Source: Candidatus Bathyarchaeota archaeon (GTDB taxonomy: Archaea > Thermoproteota > Bathyarchaeia > Bathyarchaeales > Bathycorpusculaceae). Taken from it: a stretch of DNA of 64,000 nt. The notes beneath the pieces are model-generated. The model saw only the letters and a list, made by a program, of their open reading frames with translations. It searched no databases and was not told where the DNA came from. Positions 39,637 to 50,216 of this stretch are shown here, one piece after another (position 1 is the first letter of the stretch; each line of letters opens with the position of its first letter). The translations under genes and the position numbers were made by a program. The DNA is taken from NCBI GenBank assembly GCA_963782525.1, contig CAWAKC010000003.1:64001-128000 (forward strand), in the 5' to 3' direction.

Positions 39637-40644
39637 ATGATTGACTATTTCCTATTAATCTTCCGCATACTGGTTTTCCCAGGCTTCACATTCCTCCTAC
39701 TGTTGACTTTGTTCTGCGATTGGATGGAGCGGAAAATCGAAGCACGCATACAAAACCGTGTTGGCCCCATGGTTGCTGGACCAGGCGGCATTCTTCAGCC
39801 CCTTGCAGACTTCATAAAACTGTTAACTAAAGAAGATATTGAACCCAGAGATGCTAAAAAAACCATTTTTAAGTTTGCTCCTCTTGTAGCTTTTACAATT
39901 ATGGTTTTTGCTTTCTGTTTTATCCCGGTTGACGGCTCAAACGTATTTTCGTCTTCTGGTTTTAGTGGTGATTTAATCGTTATTTTGGCGTTTGCAACAA
40001 TTTCAAACTTTTTGTTGTTCCTTGCCGGTTGGGCATCATGCAACCCATACGGCACAATCGGTTCCGCAAGAGTTTTAACCCAATTCTTAGGCTACGACAT
40101 ACCACTCTTCCTAATTGCTTTAACACCCGCATTCATCGCCGGAGGTGCCGGTGCTCTGCAAATTGCAAATATAGCTTCGCTTCAAGCAGGTACCTTCCTT
40201 CCATTCATCCTTATGGCGCCATGGGCGTTTGTCTTATTCGTAATAACCATGCAGGCAGAACTTGAAAAAGACCCCTTCGACGTTCCACATTCCGAAAGCG
40301 AACTCGTCGGCGGATTAGAAACTGAGTTCACAGGTGCCAAACTTGCTTTCCTACATTTGACCCGTGATGTCCAGGTGGTTTTCGGTTCAGCGTTAGTGGT
40401 GGAGTTGTTCCTTGGCGGACCATACGGTCCTGTAATCTTTGGTCCATCCTGGATCTGGTACACCATATGGTTTGTGCTCAAACTGCTCGTAGTCGTACTC
40501 ATATCTGAGTACATTACAACTGTGTTTGCCCGTTTCCGTATCGACCAAGTCCTCTCTGGTAACTGGAGAATTCTATTGCCCGCTGCGTTGCTATCATTGA
40601 TGCTTACCGTCGCATTAGTAACATGGGTTTATCCGTTGGTGTAA
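39637..40644 (+). CDS. NuoH-like membrane subunit
   Basis: ERKIEARIQNRVGP, QPLADFIKLLTKE, PFD...ESELVGG. Confidence 0.92.
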   Translation: MIDYFLLIFRILVFPGFTFLLLLTLFCDWMERKIEARIQNRVGPMVAGPGGILQPLADFIKLLTKEDIEPRDAKKTIFKFAPLVAFTIMVFAFCFIPVDGSNVFSSSGFSGDLIVILAFATISNFLLFLAGWASCNPYGTIGSARVLTQFLGYDIPLFLIALTPAFIAGGAGALQIANIASLQAGTFLPFILMAPWAFVLFVITMQAELEKDPFDVPHSESELVGGLETEFTGAKLAFLHLTRDVQVVFGSALVVELFLGGPYGPVIFGPSWIWYTIWFVLKLLVVVLISEYITTVFARFRIDQVLSGNWRILLPAALLSLMLTVALVTWVYPLV

Positions 40645-40648
40645 ACAG

Positions 40649-41101
40649 ATGACTGAAAAGAAAAAATCACGCATATCTCCAATATTCAGACGGGCAGCAT
40701 CACACATATTCACAAAGCCAGCAACAACAAAGTACCCCTTCGTAAAACCGGTACTTCCAGAAGATGACCGCGGCAAAACAGTTTATACGATTGAATCTTG
40801 CAACGTTATCGACATCGGAACGGGCTCAGGCGGCTTAACTTTAGATGTAAGGTCCATAGTTGGGTCCAACTGTAGGGTGTGCGTTCGAGATTGCCCTGCT
40901 GCAGCGATTGAAATAGTTGAAGTGGAAGGTAAAAGACGCCCCCAAATTAGGTTTGATAAATGTATTTTCTGTCATCAATGCGTGGAAAGCTGTCCCAGAG
41001 GTGCAATCAAAAGTTCAGTTTTCTATGAGTTAGCTACAACTGACAAATGTGCATTAATTCAAAAACCCTATTCAAACGCTAAGGAGTCCACACCGAAATG
41101 A
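40649..41101 (+). CDS. NuoI-like 2x[4Fe-4S] subunit
   Basis: TTKYP, C-X23-CRVCVRDCP, CIFCHQCVESCP. Confidence 0.88.
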   Translation: MTEKKKSRISPIFRRAASHIFTKPATTKYPFVKPVLPEDDRGKTVYTIESCNVIDIGTGSGGLTLDVRSIVGSNCRVCVRDCPAAAIEIVEVEGKRRPQIRFDKCIFCHQCVESCPRGAIKSSVFYELATTDKCALIQKPYSNAKESTPK

Positions 41102-41562
41102 TTTTTGAAATCCTCGCAGTAGGCCTAATAATCTCAGCCATATTAGCCCTGTTCCTTGACGAAGTAATATATGCCGTAGCTGCGTTAGCTGCGACTTTCC
41201 TTTTTACCTCATTAATCTACGTGGAAAACGGCGCAATCTTTGCCGCTGTCTTCCAATTTGCAGTGGGCGTTGGCACGTTATCTATCTTGTTCCTGTCAGG
41301 CGAAATGTTGGGTGATAAACCAAAAAAGAAAACTTCCCCTCAACGCACCGGCGCGTTGATTGGAATCGGCGCCGTTCTATCGTTACCCGCGATTTTCCTT
41401 AATGTTTCTGGTTCAACGGGAACAACTTCTAACCTTGATTTTGGTGATGCCCTCTGGAATGTTCGCGGTTTGGACGTTTTGTTGCAGGCGATTGTTATTT
41501 TGACAGTGGCGCTTGGAATCGCCATTGTCTTGCATGAGAAGAAGAAAAAGGTTGATCCATGA
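41098..41562 (+). CDS. NuoJ-like membrane subunit
   Basis: Hydrophobic, operon position, LWNVRGLD. Confidence 0.78.
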   Translation: MIFEILAVGLIISAILALFLDEVIYAVAALAATFLFTSLIYVENGAIFAAVFQFAVGVGTLSILFLSGEMLGDKPKKKTSPQRTGALIGIGAVLSLPAIFLNVSGSTGTTSNLDFGDALWNVRGLDVLLQAIVILTVALGIAIVLHEKKKKVDP

Positions 41563-41882
41563 TGGATTTTGTCATTTTATCTCTAGTTATGCTGGCAATT
41601 GGAATCTATGGCTTGCTCACCAATCGTCAACTCATAAAAGTCTTCATATCCGTCGAGTTAATTGCAACCGCAGCGACGTTGAACTTCGTGATGCTTACGT
41701 CCTCGATGGGTGTTGGCTTAGGGCAAGCGTTCCTTATCTTAGCGTTCTCAACTGACACCGCAGTCAGCGGCGTAATCTTAGCGTTGCTCGTCATCGTATC
41801 CAAAAAATACGGCACAAGCGACATGGGCAAAATAATACAGATGCTAAAAGACAAAGGCGAAAGCGAGGATGAAATGCAATGA
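41559..41882 (+). CDS. NuoK-like membrane subunit
   Basis: GIYGLL..R.LIKVFISVEL. Confidence 0.85.
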   Translation: MMDFVILSLVMLAIGIYGLLTNRQLIKVFISVELIATAATLNFVMLTSSMGVGLGQAFLILAFSTDTAVSGVILALLVIVSKKYGTSDMGKIIQMLKDKGESEDEMQ

Positions 41883-43789
41883 TTCTTGAAGAATTCTCAG
41901 CATGGTTTGTTTGGGTTATCCCACTCTTTGCAAGCTTATTCGTACCGGTCATCGGCAAGTACAGTGACAAAGCCCGAAACTACTTTGTCGTTGCAATTGC
42001 AGCCGTTACGGCAGTTTTAGCGATTTCGTTAGTGCCAAGTATATGGTCTGGCACAGGCGCCGCCACAGAGTTTTCCGTATCATGGATTCCCGGACTTAAC
42101 GCTGGCGTCTACATTGACCCCCTCAGCGTCCTATTCACGTGCCTCGTCGCATTTTTCGCTTTAATCATCGCCGTCTACTCAATCGGCTACATGAAAGGCG
42201 AAGAAGGCTTAACTCGGTACTACTACCTCATCTTGCTCTTCATCGGCTCCATGATTGGCTTAGTAATCGCTGACAACATGCTGCAGATGTTCATCTTCTG
42301 GGAAATGGTAGGCTTATGCTCTTACGCTTTGATTTCATTCTGGTACAAAAAACCTGAATCAATCAAAGCAGGTGTCAAAGTTTTCATAATGACCCGCATT
42401 GGCGACATCGCTCTGCTTGCCGCCATAGGTATCCTCTACTTGATGTTCAATACCTTCAGTTTCCATGGAGTAATAAACGGTATTCAGGCAGGCGGCTTTA
42501 ACGTCGACTTAATGGTTGTTGTTGCTTTCCTTGTTTTAGGTGGAGCAATCGCAAAGTCTGCTCAACTTCCATTGTTCACTTGGCTCTACAGCGCAATGGA
42601 AGCTCCAACTTCAGTCAGCGCCCTTTTACACGCTGCCACTATGGTCAAAGCAGGTATTTACTTGCTGGCAAGGTTCATACTCATATTCTCGGTTGCACCC
42701 GTGCTGATCACTGCGTTGGGTACACAATTCTGGTTTGCAACAGTATCTTGGGTAGGTGTTTTAACTGCCGTAGTCGGCGCAACACTTGCCCTAACCACAA
42801 CAGACATCAAAGGAGTACTCGCCTATTCAACAGTAAGTCAAATCGGCTTCATGATGGCTGGATTAGGTGCAGCTGTAGACGGTGCTGCCTCAATCGGCTG
42901 GTTTGCTAGTTTATTCCACATGGTAAGCCACGCATTTTTCGAAGGCCTCGGATTTCTCTTGGCAGGCGGCATCATACACGCCATCGGCACTCGCGACATG
43001 CGTTTGATGGGCGGTTTAAGAAAAACTATGCCCATATCCTTCATTCTAATGGCCATAATGATTATAACCACCAGCGGTTTGCCGCCATTCGCAGCGTTCT
43101 TTAGCAAAGGCTTAATCATTACCAGCGTAACCGACACAGGCAACCTTATTCAGATAATCTTGCTTTACGCAACTGCAGCCATAACCTTCGCATACGTTGT
43201 ACGTATGTTTAGTTTGGCGTTTATGGGTAAAGAATCTGAGCACCTGCAAAAACAGCATGTTCACGAAGCACCCAAAGTCATGCTTATCCCCGCAGCAATC
43301 CTTGCAGGTTTATGCATCGTTTGGGGCTTATCAGAGCCACTGGTGGCAAGTTTCATGCATGTAAACTTAGCTGAAGGCTTACTAGGGGCCTTCACGAACA
43401 TAGAGTTCCCCATCTTCATCGTATTGCTCATACCCACCGGATTACTCGCTTACTACACCTATTACAAAGGCTACCAGGGAATCCGAAACTTTGCAGGAAG
43501 CAACAACCCCCTCATGGCAACACTCAAACACGCTTACTTCTTCGACGACTTTTATGGTGCTGTCTCCAAAGGCTTTGAGCGCTTAGCAGGCGGACTTACA
43601 CGAGTCGAGAACGCATTGTTCGGAAGATACCCTGACACATTAGGCACCGATGTGAGTGAAGCCGCAGAACCCGGACACGCAACAGCCCTCAAGCAAGGGC
43701 CCTCAGATTCATTTAGAAACTATGTTGCCGCAGCAGTGCTCGGCTTCATACTAATCGTTGTGCTGATAATATTGACTGTAGGAGTGTAA
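41879..43789 (+). CDS. NuoL/MrpA-like antiporter subunit
   Basis: FWEMVGLCSY.LI, KSAQLPLFTWL..AMEAPTSVSALLHAATMVKAG. Confidence 0.92.
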   Translation: MILEEFSAWFVWVIPLFASLFVPVIGKYSDKARNYFVVAIAAVTAVLAISLVPSIWSGTGAATEFSVSWIPGLNAGVYIDPLSVLFTCLVAFFALIIAVYSIGYMKGEEGLTRYYYLILLFIGSMIGLVIADNMLQMFIFWEMVGLCSYALISFWYKKPESIKAGVKVFIMTRIGDIALLAAIGILYLMFNTFSFHGVINGIQAGGFNVDLMVVVAFLVLGGAIAKSAQLPLFTWLYSAMEAPTSVSALLHAATMVKAGIYLLARFILIFSVAPVLITALGTQFWFATVSWVGVLTAVVGATLALTTTDIKGVLAYSTVSQIGFMMAGLGAAVDGAASIGWFASLFHMVSHAFFEGLGFLLAGGIIHAIGTRDMRLMGGLRKTMPISFILMAIMIITTSGLPPFAAFFSKGLIITSVTDTGNLIQIILLYATAAITFAYVVRMFSLAFMGKESEHLQKQHVHEAPKVMLIPAAILAGLCIVWGLSEPLVASFMHVNLAEGLLGAFTNIEFPIFIVLLIPTGLLAYYTYYKGYQGIRNFAGSNNPLMATLKHAYFFDDFYGAVSKGFERLAGGLTRVENALFGRYPDTLGTDVSEAAEPGHATALKQGPSDSFRNYVAAAVLGFILIVVLIILTVGV

Positions 43790-43793
43790 CAAA

Positions 43794-45389
43794 ATGACGC
43801 TACCAATTCTTTTAGCAGTATTTGCAATTCCATCCATAAGCATACCTTTCGTTTACTTAGCAGGAAAGAAATCGCCTAAAGCAGCAGCAATGTTCGTTGC
43901 TTTAATCGCGTTAGTCAACATCCTCTTGGTATTGTCCACAATTCCAACGATTCTTGACAGCGCAAAACACGTTTACACAGAATCCTACACATGGATTCCA
44001 TCATTAAGCAACACCAATTTCTCACTTTTTCTCGATGGCATCAGCGCGTCAGTCGCCCTAATCAGCTTAGTTCTAATCTTCGCAGCTGCCCTATTCTCAG
44101 TCAACTACATGGCTGGAAAAAAGAACCTCCCAGCATACTACGCGCTCCTTTGCATGCTCTCCGTCGGTTTAGTCGGAGTCTTCCTAACCAGCAACCTCCT
44201 CCTATTCTACTTCTGCTGGGAACTCATGCTTGTCCCTGCATACTTCATAGTTGGTGAATGGGGATATCGAAACTCGTACAAATCTGCGTTTAAACTCTTC
44301 CTTTTTACCCACGCAGGCGCTGTCTTCGTGCTGCTGGGTATAGGAGCAATCTACTACTTAACGGGCACCACAGACATGTTTGCTGCACAAGCCGCCTTAG
44401 TCTCAGCTGCTCCAGACGTGATCAAATGGATCCTCATTGCATTAACCGCTGGGTTTGCAGTGAAAATGGCTGTTTTTCCAGTCCACATGTGGCTACCCGA
44501 CGCCCACTCAGAAGCACCTGCACCAATGTCCGCACTCTTAAGCGGAGTCATTATAAGCGCAGGGGCTTACGCCATCTTACGCTTATCCTTCGGAATTGTT
44601 TTCCCAGCAGTCGGATCAGCGTTCGGAACAAGCTTCCTTTACACATTATCAATAATCGGAGTAATCACAGCGTTCTTCGGTTCGTTCCTTGCATTGGTTG
44701 CAACCGACATAAAGCGTTTAATCGCCTATTCGAGCATCGCTCACATGGGCTATATCATGTTTGGGCTCTCACTATTCCCTGTCGCATTAGCTGACAACAA
44801 CCCAGTGCTTCTTGCATCTGCCTCAGCCATCGCAATAGTTGGAACAGTATTGCACATCGTTACCCATGCTGCAAGCAAAGGTCTCTTCTTCCTTACGGCA
44901 GGAGGCATCATGCATCAAACCGAGGAGCGTGATATCCGCAAAATGGGTGGCTTAGCAAGTAAGATGCCGTTCTCAACTGTTTCAGGAACCATAGCGGCAC
45001 TGAGCATTGCTGGAGCACCACCACTGGCATGCTTTATCAGTGAATTCCTAATATTCGTCGGCGCCATTCAAATAATCAACTTAACTGGTGGCCTCAACAG
45101 TTTTTACATTATACCCACAGCACTTATGCTCATAGCAACGGTGTTCTCGCTCGCATATTCGCTAAGATTCATCTCTAAGGTGTTCCTTGGGGAACCCAAA
45201 GATGTGCATGGCATGGAAGAAGCTGAAGTTCTTGCAACTGAACCCGGTCATGAGAAACATAAAATCGTCGACATACCTAATTACATGAAGGTCTCGTTAG
45301 CAATCTTGGTTGTCCTGGTGGTTCTCATCGGAATCTACCCAACGTTCTTCATGAATCTAATTCAAACTGTGACCTTTGGAGGTGCTTAA
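43794..45389 (+). CDS. NuoM/MrpD-like antiporter subunit
   Basis: WELMLVP, KMAVFPVHMWLPDAHSEAP, KRLIAYSS. Confidence 0.92.
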   Translation: MTLPILLAVFAIPSISIPFVYLAGKKSPKAAAMFVALIALVNILLVLSTIPTILDSAKHVYTESYTWIPSLSNTNFSLFLDGISASVALISLVLIFAAALFSVNYMAGKKNLPAYYALLCMLSVGLVGVFLTSNLLLFYFCWELMLVPAYFIVGEWGYRNSYKSAFKLFLFTHAGAVFVLLGIGAIYYLTGTTDMFAAQAALVSAAPDVIKWILIALTAGFAVKMAVFPVHMWLPDAHSEAPAPMSALLSGVIISAGAYAILRLSFGIVFPAVGSAFGTSFLYTLSIIGVITAFFGSFLALVATDIKRLIAYSSIAHMGYIMFGLSLFPVALADNNPVLLASASAIAIVGTVLHIVTHAASKGLFFLTAGGIMHQTEERDIRKMGGLASKMPFSTVSGTIAALSIAGAPPLACFISEFLIFVGAIQIINLTGGLNSFYIIPTALMLIATVFSLAYSLRFISKVFLGEPKDVHGMEEAEVLATEPGHEKHKIVDIPNYMKVSLAILVVLVVLIGIYPTFFMNLIQTVTFGGA

Positions 45390-45392
45390 ACT

Positions 45393-46922
45393 ATGGTACA
45401 AATTATAGACGTTATACTGCCAATATTTACACTAGTAATGGCAGCTTTACTTACCATCCCTATCTTTAGGGTAATCAGGAAACATGAAAGCCACAAGACC
45501 GCACTTACACTTGGATGGGTTTTAGCTGTTTTCCTCCTTGCAGGCGCGACCGTAGCCAACCTTGCTTTTAGCTATTACAGCACCGCTAACCCGGCGCCAC
45601 AAAACTTAGCGTTGGATGGAAGCGTATCTACGGCGGTTTCAAGTTCCTTCCTAATCGACGCCATATCCATTTACATGGCCATAATCATAGTAGCCATCAG
45701 CTCAGTCGTGCTGGTTTACACGGTTTTCTTCGTTAACTCAAACGAACGTCCTTCAGACCGCTACCTCGCCATAATGTTCATCTTAACCGCCGCACTCTTG
45801 GGCGCAGTCCTCTCGGGCGACCTCCTAACATTCTTCATATTCTGGGAATCAGCAACCGCAGCCGCAGCGTTTTTGATGATGTACCGAAAGAACGCGTTCA
45901 GCCTCAATGCCACCCTAAAGTTTCTCGTCATGGTCATCATAGCCTCAGCATTCGTATTATTTGGAATGTCGATTATCTACGGATTAACAGGCAGTCTAAA
46001 TTATAGCACGATCAGGGAAGCCTTAAGCGCTACAACTTTGGTTGGCTCCGACAAGAACTTGCTAATAATCGCCTTCGTGTTCATTGCAGCTGGCTACGCT
46101 ATTGAAGCAGCAATCGTTCCCTTCCACTTCTGGTTACCTGACGCATACACAGCCGCCCCAGCACCATCTGCAGCCTTCCTCTCTGCATTGGTTGACCAAG
46201 GCAGCTACTATATCCTCATCAGAATCTTACTCTACATCATCATCCCAACAGGTCCAAACCAAGTCTTAGACTGGACATTCATGCTCGCAATCCTCGCAGC
46301 AGTAACCATGGTTGTTGGCAATGTCTTCGCTTTAATCCAAAACAACATCAAACGCTTAATAGCATACATCTGCGTCGCAGACGTCGGATACAATCTCGTC
46401 GCCATCACAAGCGTCTCCTCCTTGGGCTTGTCAGGTAACCTCTACTTCTTCCTAATCGGCGGAATAACCACCGCTTTAGCATTCATGACAATAGGCATCA
46501 TTAACACCTACGGCATAAGGACTCTTAGTGACTTTGCAGGATTCGGCAAGAAAGCCCCTTGGGCTAGTTTAGCCTTGGTGATTGCGGGCTTATCTTTCGC
46601 AGGTGTTCCTCCTCTTGGAGGATTCATAGGAAAATACCTTGTTTTCACCGCTGCATTGCAAGCAAACCTGGCTTGGCTCGCCGTCATCGGAGTCTTAACA
46701 AGCGTGCTACAAACAGCATACATATTCAGGCTCATGAACATCGGATACGGCAAGAAAGCCAAAGACGAAACACCAATCAAAGAAAACAAACGCCTACTAA
46801 TACCCGTATTCATCCTCGTCGCCGCACTCTTCATCTTAGGCTTATTCCCCGATCTCGTTCTGCAACTCCTAACGCCAGCATCTCACCAATTAACCGCTCT
46901 TATCCCCTCAATACACGGTTAG
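45393..46922 (+). CDS. NuoN/MrpD-like antiporter subunit
   Basis: VPFHFWLPDAY, NIKRLIAY, AGVPPLGGFIGK. Confidence 0.9.
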   Translation: MVQIIDVILPIFTLVMAALLTIPIFRVIRKHESHKTALTLGWVLAVFLLAGATVANLAFSYYSTANPAPQNLALDGSVSTAVSSSFLIDAISIYMAIIIVAISSVVLVYTVFFVNSNERPSDRYLAIMFILTAALLGAVLSGDLLTFFIFWESATAAAAFLMMYRKNAFSLNATLKFLVMVIIASAFVLFGMSIIYGLTGSLNYSTIREALSATTLVGSDKNLLIIAFVFIAAGYAIEAAIVPFHFWLPDAYTAAPAPSAAFLSALVDQGSYYILIRILLYIIIPTGPNQVLDWTFMLAILAAVTMVVGNVFALIQNNIKRLIAYICVADVGYNLVAITSVSSLGLSGNLYFFLIGGITTALAFMTIGIINTYGIRTLSDFAGFGKKAPWASLALVIAGLSFAGVPPLGGFIGKYLVFTAALQANLAWLAVIGVLTSVLQTAYIFRLMNIGYGKKAKDETPIKENKRLLIPVFILVAALFILGLFPDLVLQLLTPASHQLTALIPSIHG

Positions 46923-47074
46923 TATTTCGAGGAAAAGTAATCGCGCTCTTCTATGGAGCATCAAAAAATTTTTTTTATTTTTTTTTTAACTAAACTTTGT
47001 TTTCTAAGTAAACTTGTGTCTATCAATGACTATAAGAATTACACCGGCTAAAGCGAAAAGGAACTGCAGAAATA

Positions 47075-47398
47075 TCAGTTTACCCTAAAAAAATATCGGC
47101 GATGTAACAATGGGCGCGAGGGGGCATAAGACAAAACCACCGTTTCATCCGCACATGAAGATAAAACAAGAACCGCCCCCGTTAATGCTAAACCAAAACG
47201 TTTCCCTTTTATCGAAAACCCCGCCCCAACCCAACCCACGGCGAGGAAAAAAATCCCAAGGAACGCCATGAGCAAATATCCAACAAACGATTGCCCCGAA
47301 TACGAGTTAAACTCTGTAAGACCCATAAGGGCGAAAAGCAGCGTGGAGAGTGACGCGAGGGTAGTTGCGATGCCGCCTATTGCTCTTAACTTTGCCAT
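47075..47398 (-). CDS. membrane hypothetical protein (possibly frameshifted near 3' end)
   Basis: Three hydrophobic segments. Confidence 0.5.
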   Translation of the reverse strand: MAKLRAIGGIATTLASLSTLLFALMGLTEFNSYSGQSFVGYLLMAFLGIFFLAVGWVGAGFSIKGKRFGLALTGAVLVLSSCADETVVLSYAPSRPLLHRRYFFRVN

Positions 47399-47807
47399 GG
47401 TTACTTTATTTTAATAAAATTCGTTTTAAGCTTTTTCACTCTCTAAAAAACAACGGACACCTACTTATTTGATCCAATCAGGATTAGGCTTATAAATGCA
47501 AGTCAATAATCTTCTCAAATCTAACGGTATCTTATTAGAAAAATAATAAATGAAGAAAAACGGCTGAAATCCTGCAGAAAAGCCCGTTCTTATTCTTTCC
47601 AACAAGCCCAAAACGCTCATATAACTAAAAGAAGAAGACACTGACCTGCACACATCCACTGTCTTCTTCTACCCGTCAATAGGATAAGAAAAAATGGATT
47701 TCAGTGCATAACCTGCAGGGTGAGGTCCGAATCGGCGTCTTCAGATGCCATTGTTATGTTGAAAAATAGTGCTTAAGGAAGGAAAATGGGGATTTCAGAG
47801 GCAACAG

Positions 47808-49049
47808 TTATTTTCTTGTTTGACCGTCGCCCAAAATCACATATTTTGTTGTGGTGAGGTGCTGGGCGCTCATAGGTCCACGTGCATGAAGTTTTTGGGT
47901 GCTTATTCCGATTTCAGCGCCTAAGCCGAATTGGTTGCCGTCGGTGAAGCGTGTGGATGCGTTCCAGTAGACTGCTGCTGAATCGACTTCTTTTATGAAT
48001 TTCATGGCTTTGGCGAAGTCGCGGGTTAGGATGCTATCGCTGTGTTTGGTTCCATATTTGTTGATGTGCGTGATGGCTTCATCAAGGTTTTGGACCACTT
48101 TTACGCCTATGATTAAGTCGAGGTATTCGGTGCCCCAGTCTTTTTCGGTTGCAGCTTTTACGTCGGGGAGGATTTTGCGGGTTTCTTCGTCGCCACGGAC
48201 TTCCACGCCGTTCTTGCGTAACTCGGCAATAACAACAGGCAGGTATTGTTTGGCGATTTTGCTGTGAACTAGTAGTTTCTCGGCTGCGTTGCATGTTCCG
48301 GGGCGCTGACATTTAGCGTTTATTACGATGGGGGTTGCTTTGTCGAGGTCTGCGTCATCTTCAACGTAAACATGGCAGTTGCCCGTTCCAGTTTCAATGA
48401 CGGGAATCCGCGATTTCTCAACTACAGTCTTGATTAAGTCTGCACCGCCACGGGGTACCAGCACATCAATGTATTCTCGCATGCCCATCAATTCCTCTGC
48501 AACTTTTCGGTCTGGAGAATTCACCACTTGGATAGCGTCGACAGGTACCTTTGTTCCAGATAAGGCATCTCGCAACACTTCGCCGATGGCGACGTTGGAG
48601 TTTAACGCGTCTGAACCGCCTCTTAGAATCACGGCATTCCCCGATTTGATACAGATTCCTGCTGAATCCGAAGTGACGTTGGGACGTGATTCGTAGATTA
48701 CGCCGACTACTCCGAGGGGAACGCGGACTTGGCTGATTATTAAGCCGTTTGGGCGTGTCCAGCTGCTAAGGATGACGCCGATGGGGTCGGGAAGCGCTGA
48801 AACCTCGCGAAGTTCTTTAGCCATGTTTTCGATTTTCTTGTGGTCCAACGCTAAACGGTCAAGTAGTGCTGCTTTGACGCCTTTGGCTTTTGCAGCTTCA
48901 GCATCCGTTTTGTTAGCAGCCAAAATCTTCTCTGCGTTCGCTTCCAAGGCGTTTGCCATTCTGCAAAGCGCTACATTTTTGGCGTCCGATGAAAGCTTAC
49001 CCATTTCGAAAACGGCTGTTTTGGCTTTTAGGCATATTTCCTTTATCAT
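47808..49049 (-). CDS. proA: gamma-glutamyl phosphate reductase
   Basis: IYESRPNVT, GNCH, CNAAE, NASTRFTDG..FGLGAEIGISTQKLHARGPM. Confidence 0.96.
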   Translation of the reverse strand: MIKEICLKAKTAVFEMGKLSSDAKNVALCRMANALEANAEKILAANKTDAEAAKAKGVKAALLDRLALDHKKIENMAKELREVSALPDPIGVILSSWTRPNGLIISQVRVPLGVVGVIYESRPNVTSDSAGICIKSGNAVILRGGSDALNSNVAIGEVLRDALSGTKVPVDAIQVVNSPDRKVAEELMGMREYIDVLVPRGGADLIKTVVEKSRIPVIETGTGNCHVYVEDDADLDKATPIVINAKCQRPGTCNAAEKLLVHSKIAKQYLPVVIAELRKNGVEVRGDEETRKILPDVKAATEKDWGTEYLDLIIGVKVVQNLDEAITHINKYGTKHSDSILTRDFAKAMKFIKEVDSAAVYWNASTRFTDGNQFGLGAEIGISTQKLHARGPMSAQHLTTTKYVILGDGQTRK

Positions 49050-50158
49050 TTTTCTTCCTCAAGTAGGTGGATGTTTCGGTGCTCAATAACATCTTTAGAC
49101 TTATCGGCGCCGAGTTTTTTGTGTACTTCAGTTACTTGTAAGCCTTTTATTAGGTTTAACTCGCTGCTGCTGAAGTTGGGATTGCCCTTCGCAAACGCTG
49201 CGCCTTCTTCGTCAATGAGGCTTATTACTTCGCCAACACTAAAGTTGCCCACAACTCGTACTACCCCGACGGGGAGAAGGCTGGAGCCGTCAAGAATGGC
49301 TTTTTTTGCGCCCTCGTTAACATGAATTTGACCTTTCACCGCAGCACCATAAGCTATCCAACGTTTCACCGCGGGCATGCGACTTTGAGGCTTAAAATAG
49401 GTGCCAACATCTTTACCCGCAAGAATATCCAATATGACGTTTTCTCTTCGGCTATTTGCTATTACCACGGCTATGCCGCAGGAAGTGGCAATTTCAGCGG
49501 CTTTGATTTTGCTTTGAATGCCGCCTCTCCCCAACTTGCTCTTGCCATTCAGCGAGCTTTTGAGTTCGGTGGTGATTTCGTCGACGATTTTGATGAGTTC
49601 GGCTCCTGGTTGGGAGGGATCAGAAGTGTACAATCCCTCAACGTCAGAGAGGATGATGACTAAGTCGGCGCAGACTGCTCCAGCAACGAGCACTGAGAGG
49701 ATGTCGTTGTCGCTGAAATTTACTTTGTAGCCTTCAGTCCGCATTAATTCGTCCACTGAGACCACGTCGTTTTCGTTTATGATTGGGACGACACCGATTT
49801 TAAGCAGTAAAGCCAGGACGTCGCAGGTGTGAACGTATGATGCCCTGCTGGAGAGGTCCTCGGCAGTTAGGAGGATTTGAGCAACTTTCAAACCAAATTT
49901 TTTAAAAAGCTCCCGATACTTTGCCATCAAAACGCTCTGCCCCGTGGCTGCGGCTGCCTGCTGGAACGCTACATCTTTAGGTTTGGGAGGGATTTCAAGC
50001 TCTGCGATGCCAGCCGCAACTGCTCCTGAAGTTACAAGAACTATTTTGTCGCCTTGTTTGGTGGTTTTGGCTATTTGGCTAGCTAGGTTTTCCATTTCTT
50101 TTTCATCCAGCTTGCCATCGCGGGTTATGCCGTTGGTGCCAACTTTAACAACTATTAA
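49046..50158 (-). CDS. proB: glutamate 5-kinase with PUA domain; gene body separated from native start by integrated element
   Basis: LIVVKVGT in frame upstream of track ORF, VTSGA, NEND, DND.LS, GRGGIQSK; no ATG/GTG/TTG between in-frame TGA (50192-50194) and VKVG. Confidence 0.93.
   Translation of the reverse strand, partial: LIVVKVGTNGITRDGKLDEKEMENLASQIAKTTKQGDKIVLVTSGAVAAGIAELEIPPKPKDVAFQQAAAATGQSVLMAKYRELFKKFGLKVAQILLTAEDLSSRASYVHTCDVLALLLKIGVVPIINENDVVSVDELMRTEGYKVNFSDNDILSVLVAGAVCADLVIILSDVEGLYTSDPSQPGAELIKIVDEITTELKSSLNGKSKLGRGGIQSKIKAAEIATSCGIAVVIANSRRENVILDILAGKDVGTYFKPQSRMPAVKRWIAYGAAVKGQIHVNEGAKKAILDGSSLLPVGVVRVVGNFSVGEVISLIDEEGAAFAKGNPNFSSSELNLIKGLQVTEVHKKLGADKSKDVIEHRNIHLLEEEK
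50145..50158. repeat. att core, left copy
   Basis: TTAACAACTATTAA within proB codons LIVVK. Confidence 0.9.
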
Positions 50159-50216
50159 CCGACTATTACTTTTATTTGAGTTAATCTCTAATCAGCCTTC
50201 TTTTTACATTTTGATT

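Noticed and set aside
49046-50095. ProB starting at ATG 50095 as in the ORF track
   Set aside because: Would omit the conserved VVKVGT strand, which is in frame upstream; native start is at 58465
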